NCBI GenBank assembly: GCA_043228905.1
Contig: JBHGNT010000010.1
Location: 19,034,001-19,098,000, forward strand
Source of the DNA: Azolla caroliniana
Taxonomy: Eukaryota > Plantae > Polypodiophyta
Direction: 5' to 3'
Length of the DNA stretch: 64,000 nucleotides
The notes beneath the pieces are model-generated. The model was not told where the DNA came from, ran no database searches, and saw nothing but the letters and a program-made list of their open reading frames with translations. Of the stretch, positions 13,887-27,261 are shown piece after piece (the first letter of the stretch is position 1; each line of letters opens with the position of its first letter). The position numbers were made by a program, and so were the translations under genes.

Positions 13887-15914
13887 TAAAAAATAACGAT
13901 AGTATTAAAAAGCTATTATATTGTTATGGATCAAACTAATGATGATTAAAAGAATAAGAGATTAAGGAGAAAAATAGGCTTAGGGTGCTTAACCACACTA
14001 AGCGAAGGGCATGAAACAAACATAAAAATACCACTAGTGTCCCATACCACCAATTATTAACTTATATTATACCTTGGTTGTTGAATGACAGAACCAAAGA
14101 AGAGATCTTAACCTTACAAATAGAGTATCAACATCTAAAGATGTCGTGTTAAAGGGGTAGTTGCTTCCCTTTATATAGCTCAACAACTAAAGGTCCCAAA
14201 CCACCACATCTTGACTCTTCCCACGTGTCATAGGTCCTTATGGGTTTGTCCTAGTTCTTAGGATAACCGAAATCCTAACTATCCTACCCTTAATCCATTT
14301 AAATTAGCTATAGAATTGGTCAATAAGGTTATGTATGTGAACATTGCCCAAAGAGAAAGAGTTAAGTGTTATTTATGTAATGAGACTATGACCAATAGAG
14401 TATCCTCGCCAGCTTTTGTAGCCAATGAATTATTTGATTCTCCCTTTTCCCTCAAATGAGATGGCTTTCTTTATTACTTTAGGTACAATCAATTTTATCC
14501 TAATATGTGGTCTTTGTAAACAAGCCCCGAGTTTTATTAGGCATTTTCCTTCGTTTCTCAATGCATGTTCGACAAGGTTTTTGAAGTTTGTCATTTAGAT
14601 AAAGGATTGGTTGCATAAGCTTGTGCAAGAGATTGGTATACATGGCGAAGTGGAAAGAATGTGGAACACTTACACCATAACACAATAATGTCCATAGGGC
14701 CATCTCGTTCACAATTCATCTATAACATTTCCACCACTTAGTTGCAAGTTTGCAAACCAATTTATTCCAATACGTCATTGTTATCACGCTCCTCTCTTTG
14801 ACTATCGTCAACCATATGACATGTTCACCCTGAAGAGTACATATGGATTGGTCTTCACAAGCTTGCATGCATCATACCACTATGAAGTTGTTGAACCACA
14901 CAAGCATTATGCAATGACAATCAATCCAACAAGCAAGAAAACTCCATAGATGATGACTTGTCTTCCATGACCCCTTCATAAGCTGTCACCTCAATGCTAC
15001 ACTGCCATTAATGTCTTCACCGTGACACATAAAGACATTTAGTGATATAAGACATTTGTATTATCATACTACTATTGATTGTGATGGGAAAAAGCTAATG
15101 GGAATAGGTAAGTATAACACGGCGGCAACAATGTTACATTAAGTATGTTCTAATAGTCATGACTCATGACTCACAAGTCACAAAGTTCATTTTGTTGTAT
15201 CGCACATCCGGTACCGAGCAATACTTTATGTTTGCCACATTACTTAGGTAAAGTTAGTTTTGTAATGTTGGATTCACAATCGAGTTCATTAGAGAGAGGA
15301 AATTGACATGGTATAAACAATTGATTGGTGAATAAAAAGAGCAATGCACCTCCAAGGCAACATCAATACACCTACAAACCATTGCCAAATGCTCATGCAT
15401 GAATCCAACCTTCGCCGAAAAATATTGCCTTTTTCTTGGTGTTGGATATCTATGTCTTTCCTCTTTTTTACCATAAAACATATGCTCCATTGGTATTAAT
15501 AAAAAGCCCGGAGGCAGTATACAAATAGTACATAATATTGTTTCATCTCCACCAGTATATCTGAACTGATTCTAGCATTTGTAAAAATTGGTGGGAAAAA
15601 AACAGCCATAAAACACAGCATTGATTCTAGTGATCTGCTGCAGAAAACAAAATTTCGGGCTCTTAGAACAGACCTCCATAGAAAACTTATATTTCACATG
15701 ATATTCCATGTCCTCCGTCTTTCCAATCATATGTGTCAGGTGTGGAACTGTAAGAAGATTCACCATCCCAACATAAACAGTTGCAAACAGATCTGAACTG
15801 ATTCCAGCATTTGTAAAAACTGTTGGGGAGAAAAAAACAGACCATGAAAATGAAATATACTATACTAATCTCCACCTCTCACCCCATTTGCTTCGATCCC
15901 CACAACTTATTCAC

Positions 15915-16510
15915 TCTCCCTTCATGATGTGCTTCGACCCCCTCACCATCATCACTCCTAAAAACAACCAAATTGCTTCATTCAATCCACCTCCACCATC
16001 TCGCCGAATGCCACTAATGTCCTGTGGAATTAACAACAAAATAAGTAAAAAAATTCCTCATCCCCTCATGAGCTGCTTCAATCCCCCCCACCATCATCAC
16101 TCCTAAAACAGACACATTGCTTCCTTTAGTCCACATCCACCATCTCGCCGAATACCACCAATGTCCTGTGCAATGAATCAACCAAAATGAGAAATTGTTC
16201 CTCATCCCCTCATGATTTGCTTCGTTCCCCCGCACCATCGTCACTCCTAAAAACAGAGAAATTGCTTCAATCAAACCACATCCACCATCTCGCCGAATAC
16301 CACCTCTGACCTATACAATAACAACAAAAACAAGTGAATAATGGTTCCTCATCCCCTCGTGATTTGCTTCTGTCCCCCCCACCATCATCACTCCTAAAAA
16401 CAAACAAATTGCTTCAATCAATCCACATCCACCATCTCGCCGAGTACCGCCAATATCCTGTGCAATTAACAACAAAATAAGTTAACAATGATTCCTCTCC
16501 CCTCCTGATC
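15915..16510. repeat. Tandem repeat, about 4 copies of a ~145-bp unit
   Basis: caccatcatcactcctaaaaac...ccacatccaccatctcgccga...caattaacaacaaaataagt recurs at about 15943, 16089, 16233 and 16380. Confidence 0.85.
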
Positions 16511-17177
16511 TGCTTATCTATGTCTTTCCTCTTGTAGGATATCAATGTAGTAATGTCAATCATTTAAGGAATTTACCTTGATCTCTTATTATCCATTTAA
16601 TGATTTGTGCTCTATATGAATTCAGAATAATCATTAATAATGTATGCCTCTCTTTTCTACCATGTCATGATTCCTATCATGTGGATAGATTGAAGAGATT
16701 GGCATGACTATCATTAAGCCCCCACTCTTGAGAAGCAGTTTACATTCCTATCCAAATTTGTGAACTGGCTCACTCTCTTATTATACTTCACAAAAATATG
16801 ATTTCATTAACTAAATGCAATTCGTGATTAGACTTTTGTATAGAGGTTCAAATACGTGGAATGTTTTATCCCTTTAGGAACGACTTTTAAATTTATCATA
16901 TTGAACAATTTTCTCCCTTTATGATGGGGAATTGCTTTTGGTTGGATTAGATGAGATGCAAACTTCTCGTTCTTTGTGACAAGCTTATTTTAAACAATTG
17001 GCGAGCTTTTGAAATTGTGCTTTTTTGGAGCGTCCAAACTCCAAAATATACAGAATACATGAATCTTTTCTACTCAATAAAATATATTACACATGTTCCT
17101 TTTCCATGAAGGTTAACCTTGAGACATGTATATTTGCATAGGTAAATCCTTCATTGTTTGAAAGATGGATTTTATTG

Positions 17178-17287
17178 AAACTTCCGTCCATCGATAAAGT
17201 ACAATCATAAGTGTGATTTTGATTATGCTAAAACTTCCGTCCATCGATAAAATACAATCATAAGTGTGATTTTGATAATGCTAAAAC
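17178..17287. repeat. 53-bp direct tandem duplication
   Basis: aaacttccgtccatcgataaa(g/a)tacaatcataagtgtgattttga(t/a)atgcta at 17178 and 17231. Confidence 0.9.
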
Positions 17288-18954
17288 TTAGCATGTCTTG
17301 CAAAGTGAAAAAACATATCATTGTATTTACTATTTAAGACATGTCAATAGTGATAATCACAAGCGATGTGTGTTTGTTTCGGGGGATTCAAAGGTCTATA
17401 TTATTGGTTATTGTGCCTCTACGTATGTTCCTCTCTTGTTGGTTCCATTGTCATTTGATAATTGACCTTTCATTTGTTGTCTTCTTCGACAAATATATTG
17501 AAATATATGATAGGAGAACTCTCAATGTTCTTTACTAGCCCATTTATAGTGTTAAGTTGTTAACAATGTAGCAAAACCTATGCCATGGCATTGTAATTTC
17601 TTTGCCTATAAAGATTGGCGAGGGGTTTTCTTCTTACTTATCTTACCTAGAAAGATTGGCTAGAGTCATTCGGCATGGCTTTACAATATTCGAAGTAATA
17701 TTAGCCTATTTTGTATATGGCCACTTGCCACTTTCATTTTAATACCAATGGAGGATATTTTTTTTCAGGGAAAAAAAAAAACCTATGCCATGGAGAGTAG
17801 GGCATGGATGGTACTTTGCCAATCTTGACACATAAATTTCAAATATAATTTTGTTGTAACATTGATTTTCAAATATAATTATCTTGTTCATGCAATATAT
17901 GCATATATCTTGCACACATTGTATGTTGATGCAATAGAATTAGATCGACAAAAAAGAAGAAGTTATTTCATTGTAGATTTCCATGAGGAGAATGAAGAAC
18001 AATTGACTCAATCAATGATAAGATGGACAAACTTAGCATATATCTAGACAACGCAATCGGACCAAAGACAAGCACCACGATTATTCGACGTCTTGTGTCA
18101 TGAGTTGACAAAAAGTAGAGTATAGTGTGAAAGCACCTTCATTTGAAATAGAGTTCAGTTAAAGATTGCCATGAGTTTTCGAAAGCTCTCTCTCTCTCTC
18201 ATTCTTGAGAAACTTTGAAGCTTGGAGGAAAGTAGTACGTAGGCTCTTTTACTATCCTTAGTTTCAATTAGTTCCTAGTTATAACTATATTGAGTTGGTT
18301 ACGTAGTAGTCAACCGCCCACCCAAGCTCCTACATGACCCATCCATATCAATGTATCAGAGCTACAGTCTACCTTCAAGTTACAGAATTTTGAGCTTCTA
18401 TCTAAGAGTACAAAAAATCACATTCTTTCATGTTTATTGAACTTTAGTTAATGGTGTGATTGCCAGTCGTACCTAGTTATAACTAACTATTTTTAAGGCA
18501 AGCACCTAGTTAAAGATAGCTATGTTTAGGGTAAGAACTTAGCAGTTGGAACTACTAAAAAACACTAAACCAATCATTTATACACTTTATTTCTTGAGAC
18601 AAACTAGATTGAAATAAATAAATAAATAAAGCTATATCAATAGTCTCAAAGCTACCTCTACAATTTGATTGTGAAGGCCATAAAAATTATAGATATTTTG
18701 ATACACCAACTAGCTACCAATTAAAAAACAATCCATTTCATCATTGCATTTCACAAATGAACAAAACCCAAGAGACTACTCTCCCGATTTGAGAGTTTTT
18801 CACTAAAAATGGACAAACCCAAAAGACAAAACTCGCATTATATGAAGTAAGAAGACAAAACGCTTCGAGCAAAAGAGCAATTGCTGAGCAAGAGAGTTCT
18901 CGTTCGTCCATACGTATGATTTCGCCATGAGAAACGAAGAACAAAAAAAGCTGC

Positions 18955-20961
18955 CTATATATTGTCAAGACTAGTTTGGGTTTCAAGAAGACCTTGGTGT
19001 GAAATGACACTTTCGAAAGCTTCCACTAAGATCTTCACCTTGGCTTTCCCGGTGGGAGCAAGTTTATGAACAACTCCTTCAATTGCATGGTTGAGCATCC
19101 ATTCTTCGGCTGCCTTCCTTTCTAAAGCTTTTTGTTTCCGAAGAGTGACGGATTCCGGGTTCGAATCCTCGATGACATCCAAGACTCTAGTGCTTCTTCT
19201 TTGTAGCCTTCTCTCATTTGAATCAACACAAGCATGGCTTCCATTAGCATGTCCATTCACATCATCACAATCATGGCTTCTTCCTTCATCATTGTGCTCA
19301 TCTCCCATATTATGTTTAGTGGCATCATTAACCATTGTTAAGGCATCAGCATCAACATATTCACTTTCATAACTGGTCTCAACATGGGATGAGATTATGT
19401 CCTGTGCATGCACATGTTCATTTTCATTGCTTGCCTTAACATCAGATGGCATTATGCCACCATTAACCATGTTCAATTCCTCAGCAAGATTGGATGGCAC
19501 AATATCACCATTCCCCATTGCAAATTCCTCAGAAAGACTTCCATCACAACCACCGTCAATTTTGTCGAAATATGCATCGGGACGTGGATCAATACCACCA
19601 CTGCTTAGCACAGTTTCATTAGAAAGCCTTTCACAATCATGAGAATCAATATCATCTGCATCATTTGTGTGCTCATCCAAAGAGGGAATAATCTCAGCAT
19701 TATCCTGCGTCAAGTCATCAAGATCATCTCTATTTTCATCAGTTTGTGGTCGCAAACAATCATCGCGAACTTTTATTGAAGACTCTACCAAGCAACCTGC
19801 ATTATGTCTTAAGCATTCTTTAGTGAGAGGATCAGGGGATTCACTAGGAGGCAAGAACATTCCATTATAACCAGGCATTGTATCATCGTTTTTCTCATCA
19901 ATAGATGAGTGACCATTACTAACCAAATGAAGAGATCCCATATCACATGACAGTGAATCTTCCTCACTTCCCAAAGGCATAGAGATAGACCTGGACATAT
20001 GCTTGTTTTGTTCACTCAAAGAAGAATCATGGAAAGGGCTATCTGCAGGGATATTCTTGTTCTGATCTGAACCTCCGAGGGAGCTTTTCTTAGGTTCGAG
20101 AGGATGTTGATGAGATGGTGATGGTGATGGTGATTTGAGCTTCGCATTCATTAGAGCATATGAAGGAAGCTGATGTCTCTTAGAAATGAGATACTTCTTG
20201 GGAGCTATGGTGGACATGGCCGCGACATAGGCAGGATTGTTGGCAGCACACTGCAGGTTCTTGCAGAGCGTGATGGCAGACCGAACAGAGCAGGCGGAGA
20301 CCCTCCCATTGTTCCCGATGAAACACACTGCCCCGTTGGAGGAAGCAGCAGAGGCGGCCCTCCTACAGTCACTGCAGAGAGAAGCAGGAATCGCAGGGGT
20401 GGACGGGGAAACGGCGGAGGAAACTGTGCGAACGGGAGAGGAGACAGAGGAAATCTTCACGGCGGAGGGGGCATTCAGAGCAGGGGAAGAAACTGAAGAT
20501 CTATTGCAGGAAACGGGAGGAGTCACAGTCGAGATGTTGAATGGCGGCGCAGGAGAAGCGGGGGAAGAAACGCCATGAACAGGGGATGGAAGCGGAGCGG
20601 GTGTGATAACATCAGAGGAGAGGTCAGAGGGAATGGCGGAAACGGCTCGTTTCGTTGCAGGGAAACGGGGTTTGTGAAGGGCACCAGAGATCGGTTTCTT
20701 CTGCAGAGGAACGGCAGTGGCAGCGATGGCGGTGTTGTTGGTTATGTTGGGAGATGATTTCTGAACTGAGAGTGGCTTACGGGGAAGGAATCTCTGAGGA
20801 GAAGGCGGTTCAAGCTCTTCTTCTTCTGCTGCTGCTGCTGCTACTTCCTTCTGCTGCTGCAGATGATGATGGCGATGGCGATGGCGATGGCGATTCTTAT
20901 TCTCTTCCTTCACAATCACTGCATCCTTGTAGACAAGCAGAAGATCGTTGGAGGCAGACAT
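18955..20961 (-). CDS. Intronless 668-aa low-complexity protein with a C-terminal plant calmodulin-binding domain (PICBP-like, PF07839 type)
   Basis: The C-terminus VTLRKQ...ERKAAEEWMLNHAIEGVVHKLAPTGKAKVKILVEAFESV matches the family signature EEWMLDYAL...VSKLAP..K.KV.LLVEAFETV. Ser/Pro-rich and acidic regions lie upstream. Confidence 0.85.
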   Translation of the reverse strand: MSASNDLLLVYKDAVIVKEENKNRHRHRHRHHHLQQQKEVAAAAAEEEELEPPSPQRFLPRKPLSVQKSSPNITNNTAIAATAVPLQKKPISGALHKPRFPATKRAVSAIPSDLSSDVITPAPLPSPVHGVSSPASPAPPFNISTVTPPVSCNRSSVSSPALNAPSAVKISSVSSPVRTVSSAVSPSTPAIPASLCSDCRRAASAASSNGAVCFIGNNGRVSACSVRSAITLCKNLQCAANNPAYVAAMSTIAPKKYLISKRHQLPSYALMNAKLKSPSPSPSHQHPLEPKKSSLGGSDQNKNIPADSPFHDSSLSEQNKHMSRSISMPLGSEEDSLSCDMGSLHLVSNGHSSIDEKNDDTMPGYNGMFLPPSESPDPLTKECLRHNAGCLVESSIKVRDDCLRPQTDENRDDLDDLTQDNAEIIPSLDEHTNDADDIDSHDCERLSNETVLSSGGIDPRPDAYFDKIDGGCDGSLSEEFAMGNGDIVPSNLAEELNMVNGGIMPSDVKASNENEHVHAQDIISSHVETSYESEYVDADALTMVNDATKHNMGDEHNDEGRSHDCDDVNGHANGSHACVDSNERRLQRRSTRVLDVIEDSNPESVTLRKQKALERKAAEEWMLNHAIEGVVHKLAPTGKAKVKILVEAFESVISHQGLLETQTSLDNI

Positions 20962-22033
20962 GGCTGGCTTAGTTAGGGCTGCAAAACTGTTTTCTCTCCT
21001 CTTCCTTCTCTGAGACTAACTACTGAGAGCTAAAATGGAAGAGAGGCAAAGAAAAAGGAGCTCAAAGGATCCTCCTGGCTATGGCGGAAGGAGAAAAAAA
21101 TAAATTTTAAAAAACACAGAGACAGAGACAGAGACAAGAGAAGCAGCAGTTCATTAAATTGTTCTTGTTTTTATTTGATGAAATGATTGATTGAAAATGG
21201 GGGGGTGTCAGAGGATTTGAACCCACAACCTCTTCTTCTTTTTAAAATGAAGAAGAAGAAGAAGAAGAAGAAGAAGAAAAAACCCCTGCCCTTTGAAATG
21301 AAAAGGGGTTTTTCGTTCCTTTCAAATTTCGTGAGCTTCTTGAGAAGTTATATATGTACATATCATCATTATGTATGCGTTATGTGTGTTTTTTTGTGTG
21401 TTGGGGTGGGGGGGTTTGGTTTCACACTTGGGCTTTGAGTTGAATCGAGCGAACAAAGAAGCTTCCCGACGTGTGTGTCTTTTGTCTTCTCATTTCCCAT
21501 ATCACCCTCTTACGAGTTTTGTATAGAATTCGTGTGGGGGTTTTCCGTCTTCCCATTGCCCTGAGAACCCAACCACACCACGAGGAGCTTCAATTTCGAT
21601 CGAGATGATAATGTGCACAAACTATGAGATTTTTGAACTTAAAATCAATTAGGCTTGACACGAGTAGAAAGCAAAGAAGTACACGTCAAATCACCCCAAG
21701 CATTCAACATGTTCGCTATTTAGAAAGTTCATGCATGTCTAATTCGTGGCAAACTGAATTCTCTTTCTCGTAGATTCACATCTCCTGCATGTAGATGCAT
21801 AAACCATCGGGAAATATGTAGTCGTGACAAAAAATAGATCCTAGTATATATTATAAATATGGCTAGGAAATATTATGGGCAACGCACACTTTTAATATTT
21901 TTCGAGTAGAACTTTACAAGGTATATGATTGACTCTTCGTTGTCTTTTCTTGTAACTTACCCTAGTGGTTAGTTGTTACATTACCAACCTAAGGCTTGGC
22001 TTCATGGCTTAACTTTAATACTTTTGATTATGT

Positions 22034-22070
<37 letters not shown>

Positions 22071-25000
22071 ATTCCTGCAATCTTGATGGTTCACAATACA
22101 TTAATATATGCATAATCTTAGTCATTTTGCCTCATTCCATCCTATAGTATCATATATTGGACTATTCTGGATGTTCTCACTCTCTCACTCCTCGTAACAT
22201 ACATCTAGTCATACCTAATAAAAAACAATCAAAGTCGAATATAGTGAAGATGTTGAGAATCACTTATGCAATCATAGTCAAATGGAAATATGCTACAAGG
22301 AAAAGCAATTGTGATACTATACTATTACACTTACACAAACCCAACATGTTGGGGCAACCCACAAGAAAATGTGAATTTGAAGAATAGCAATTTGTGATGC
22401 TACTAAACCAACATGCTAGAATACATGCAACCATATCTCAGTCAACCCTAATCACATCTCAGACTACCATGTGAAGCATTCACAAAATTTTAACAATGTT
22501 TTCCATAATGTATTGCTACATCCATCAACTACCCATAAATTATTGAAGTTGGAAACTGATAGTCTTGCCTCTTTGGACACATCATCCTTGGGTGGTTACA
22601 ACCTTTCCATGAATAATGGAATTTGTCTTGTAATGCCCTTTTTGGGCCCCATTTTTCTTGTTTTAGGTCTTATTGGAACATCAAAATATCATCTTCCACT
22701 CTCTCTATCACCTTTTGGTTCCATCTAATCATAGATGGAATGAATGTGCTATCAACCATTTAGAAGTGGAAAAGAAGGTTCAATATGCATTAGAGAACAT
22801 ATGCAATGATGGAGGAGGGAAAAGGTGGGTTCTTAAGGGACACCTCTTTAACACATTGGTAGCATGAAGTATGCAGTTGTAACATCCCTTGGTCTCCTGG
22901 GAAAGAGTTAGAAAGTATCACACTTTGATACAATGCATTTCATTTGGGCACATTCGAGTTTGCCCTCCACACATTGTCAATCTAGTTCGCTCCCTAGACA
23001 TGTTCCTCTCCGACCACAATATGCACTCTCCGTTGCAATGTTTATGAGTAAAATTCTCGAGCATTAAGAGTCACGTATATTTCACAAATATTGTGTATAA
23101 AAATGATTCTCTTTCGGTTCCATAGGTCATATTTAACATCCAAGATCAATAATAAAATCTATCTACCACCACATTATACAACTCGCCAAAAAAACTCATC
23201 GGAATATGCAATCAAAAAACCTAAGCGCTTTGTTTGTGTATAAACAATCACTTCTCAGCCATCATGTATTTCTTCTTTAAGGTCTACATGTCATGTTCTT
23301 GGCCTCCAAAGGACAATTAAATATTATTATCATCTTTTCCAGATACATCCAATTATAGGGGATTGATTATAATCAATGTATATAGATGTATCTACGTGAT
23401 GGAAACACACACACATATTGATCTAATTGTGACAATAATTACATGCCTTACCATTGTTTTGTTGAAAAGATATTGGGAAAGTGTGCCACCTTTTTTTCTA
23501 CTAGGGGCATAAAATATATTACCTTGAGATACTACGGACTACATTCAATATTACTCATGGAATGAATAATAATTTTGGTAAATTACCTTAAGATTAGAAG
23601 TCCATGTAAGTTGTAACCAATGTTTTATATTTTTTCCTTTTTTTTCAATTGTAATGAGTGAAAATATATAAAGAAAATATGTAACATTAATGCTAACACT
23701 TCTAACATTAACATTATATTCAAATTCATACATTGCAACTTCTTCGTTGAGGTGGCACGATAGTGGGAAGAAATAGTTTTCAAATTTTTTGCATGATTAC
23801 ATGCATTTACAAACCACCCAAGATTGGGCACCTAAACACTCTGATGGTGGTTGGAAGGGAGTACCCTTTACATGTTGAGTTTTTGATATTTCATGTTTTA
23901 GTAAAAGTGGCTTTCTCAAATGTTCTCATTCTTGTGTTGTGACAATCTTAACAACTTCAATACAATCATCAATGTACATGTAATGCTCTTAAAAACTGAA
24001 GACCAAGGATGGTCAATTGTGTGACAAGATCGAAACAAAGAGTATGAGCATATAAGAACCTAAGGATAATGCTCTGTACAATCTCCACCATTATTTATTG
24101 GCCACTACATATTGCATAGTTTTTTATCCTTAATCATGATATTCCATTGTTACTTTCTCGTTGTTTTCTTCATATGATTATGTTGAATGTGAATCCACAT
24201 ATCTATGATTTTGGCAAAAACATGAACCCATGTATCTATGTGTTTGACAAATATGTGAGTCCACGTATCTACGATATAACAAAGTAGAAGGCCTTACCAT
24301 TGAAAACACAACATTTCACAAGAAATTGAAATATTATGTAGATTTATTGATGCACCAAAAAATGTCATGAATTCGTTGTGACCTCATGAGGATGGGCTCA
24401 CATTTAAGGGTGTGATGACAATTGATGAGAAATTTTGTTCACTCTTCATTTGATATAATGTAGAATGGGGGAAACTCACATCTAGTATTTAGGTGCGCAA
24501 AAACAAAATGATGTGAATGTCATAGGTTTAGAAAGGCATCAATTGAAATCACAAACTTTTAATGGTGGTCCATCATGTAAATAGGTGGAAAAAAGAAAGT
24601 CTATTCTCAACATTTATGTAGATCCCATTGTAGTCGTTTTGAGGAGGGTGTCAAAATGGCACCATGTTAGGTTATCCGTTCCATATCGTTTGTAAGGGAA
24701 TAGTTACTTATTCAGGCAAACATGTACTAAAGATGTGTTGTAGCATCATAAGAGAGCCACCATCATGAATAGACATAATGCGTGTTGAATGATTATACTC
24801 CATTCAAATTATGGTGGAGAAGTAACCTCGCACACACACACACACACACATGAGTGAAGTCTATATAAGCATGACTTTTATTGTTCAAGTAAGATCTGAT
24901 ATTTCTTCACATTCTCTGGAAATTAGTTCCCATATATGCCCTATCCAATGATATATCTAGAGAACTTCTGTAAATCTCTTGAAAATACATTTTCAAAAAC

Positions 25001-27056
25001 TAAATGTTGGATTGATGTAGGTTGCATTCACACCATAGTCAAGATATGTGACATATTAACGGCCACTGCAGTTTTGGTTGTACAATGTACTTTATTACTT
25101 TTGATTTACGTAAGTTCATTGGATTTTCCTTAATAATTCACAATTGTGGGGTTTTGTTTATCAATGCATTGGGTTGCATCTCATGAAGGAGGGAGTTGAT
25201 GCAATGCATGACAACTACGAGGCTCACAAGATAGATCCACATCAATGCAAAAGGTCATTGCCAAGTGTAAAATGTCCTGGCACGTTATGAAGGGTTGACC
25301 TCTTAACCATATAAAGTCCAATATGTCCAATACATACAATTGATATTCTTTAAATAAAGTAAACTCATATGTAATTAGAAAGAGTAGAGAAGGTATCATC
25401 GACCAAAACAAAACGAAATTCTGTTAATTCTAACAATAACTTGATACGCTACATCATTAACTCCCTAGTCATGCAAATTATCATAATTTTTAGAGGAACA
25501 TCAAAATAATGGAGATGATTAAGGAAAACATTATTTATAGGATGTCATTGAGCACATATTTGGTCATGTTAAATCTCATAAGAAAAACTAGAAAAGCAGA
25601 AGGACCTCTTGACCTTCATATCATGGCTTGAATATTCATCTCCCCCTTCACAATAACTATTACCATTTCTACCCTCCCTTACACTTACATGTACATGTGT
25701 CATCAATGCTTTAACGTTATCCACATCTTGTTCACATATTTAAAAAAATAACACTTTCTAATCCATGTGTCATCACAAAAACCATAAAAAAAATCACAAA
25801 TCAAGACACCCAAAAGTAACTCTCCATGTTTTGGCTAGCCTAAACGGAACTCTAGTGATTATCATTTACAATGTTTCAATGTGTTAAAAAACTCATTTTT
25901 ATTTTTTTGATGACCACAAATATGTGGATACCACAAGATAAATATTCCTTGTTTTGCACTATGTAGGCACTACTAAAAGAGCTAATCATGTGTAGTATCT
26001 TTGCATGGTTCAAAATCATGATTTCGTTATAGAGGCAAAACCATGATTTGCAGTCCAATTTTTGAGACAGACTAGAGCCTTTTGATCAAATAAGTCACAA
26101 CCACTCATGAGGCTCAGGACAATTCTTCAACAAACCAGAAGTTCTAGCCACTTATCAATGTGCTTTGCTTTCCCCACAAGTTTCAATTCCTCAAGCCAAG
26201 AAGAGGTAGGATAACATTCTTATGGAGATAGGGTAGCTATAAGCAAGAATACCTTGTCACTTTTTCAATACAAACCAATCTAAAGCCATTACCTACACAT
26301 GGAACAAATAACAAGGTAAAGGCACAATGATTTCATACACAACAAAGCGTGATTACCCACACCCACGACCCAACAACATATAGAATAAGTTGCAACTATG
26401 CATTCCCTTTCAAATTAAGTTTTGTTCCATAGGTTACCTTGTCTCCAAAATAAACATCTGCAAAGATTTATCTGTGGAATATGAATATGTATTGAAGGAT
26501 ACAATTGTTTGAAAGTAAAGCTGTATATGCCGGATATAATGATTTGAAACTGACACTGTGTATAGTAGATACAGGAGACAGTATGCATTAACTAGGAAAG
26601 CAACCTATTTGCCCTATATTAGTGTCATGCAGATTATGCCACAATAATCAGAGGAAAAATAGTCTCTTTATGATATAACCAATAGCTCCGAAAAACAGTT
26701 TTAAGTTGTTATAGCAGCTGAGAGAAAATGACTAATACAGACTTACCAAAGCATCAGTCTTTTAACCCTACAAATCAATGCATCTAGAGGTGGATACAAT
26801 ATGCATTGACCACTAAGGAATGTAATCACACTGTTACTTGGGCAACATCGATATTGGCAAAATGCAAAGTAATTGCACAATCTTAGTGCTATACAGATGA
26901 ACACCTCATATGAACAAAGGGTCAAATGCTAGCTAGCCATTCAATCCTTAAACAACAATGAGAAAAATAATCACTTGTTACAGCATCCAAGAGCAAATGA
27001 TCGATGCAAACCAAAAGAGTATCATGTATTTGTACACCAAACGATCATTGCCTCTG

Positions 27057-27261
27057 TTTAAACCCAAGAAGGGCAACGTTACAAGCTTTTTCTTTAACCC
27101 CAGAGAGGCGAAACAATCTTTTCTTTTAATCCCACAAAGGCAACAAAAGAAAGCTTTTCCTTTAACCCAGAAATGGCAAAGAATAAGCTTTTCCATTTCA
27201 CTAGGAAACGGCAGAAAAAAATCATTTTTCTTCAACCCAAGAATGGAAAAAAGCTTTTCTT
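27057..27261 (-). repeat. Six degenerate 30-37 bp tandem units; the first is the last 9 codons plus stop of MinD
   Basis: The minus-strand consensus GAAAAGCTT(T-rich)GCCNTTYTGGGTTAAA repeats from inside the CDS into the 3' flank. Confidence 0.8.

Noticed and set aside
21500-26000. Intergenic DNA with scattered short ORFs, possibly decayed DNA transposons
   Set aside because: No TIR, TSD or domain motif could be confirmed by eye.
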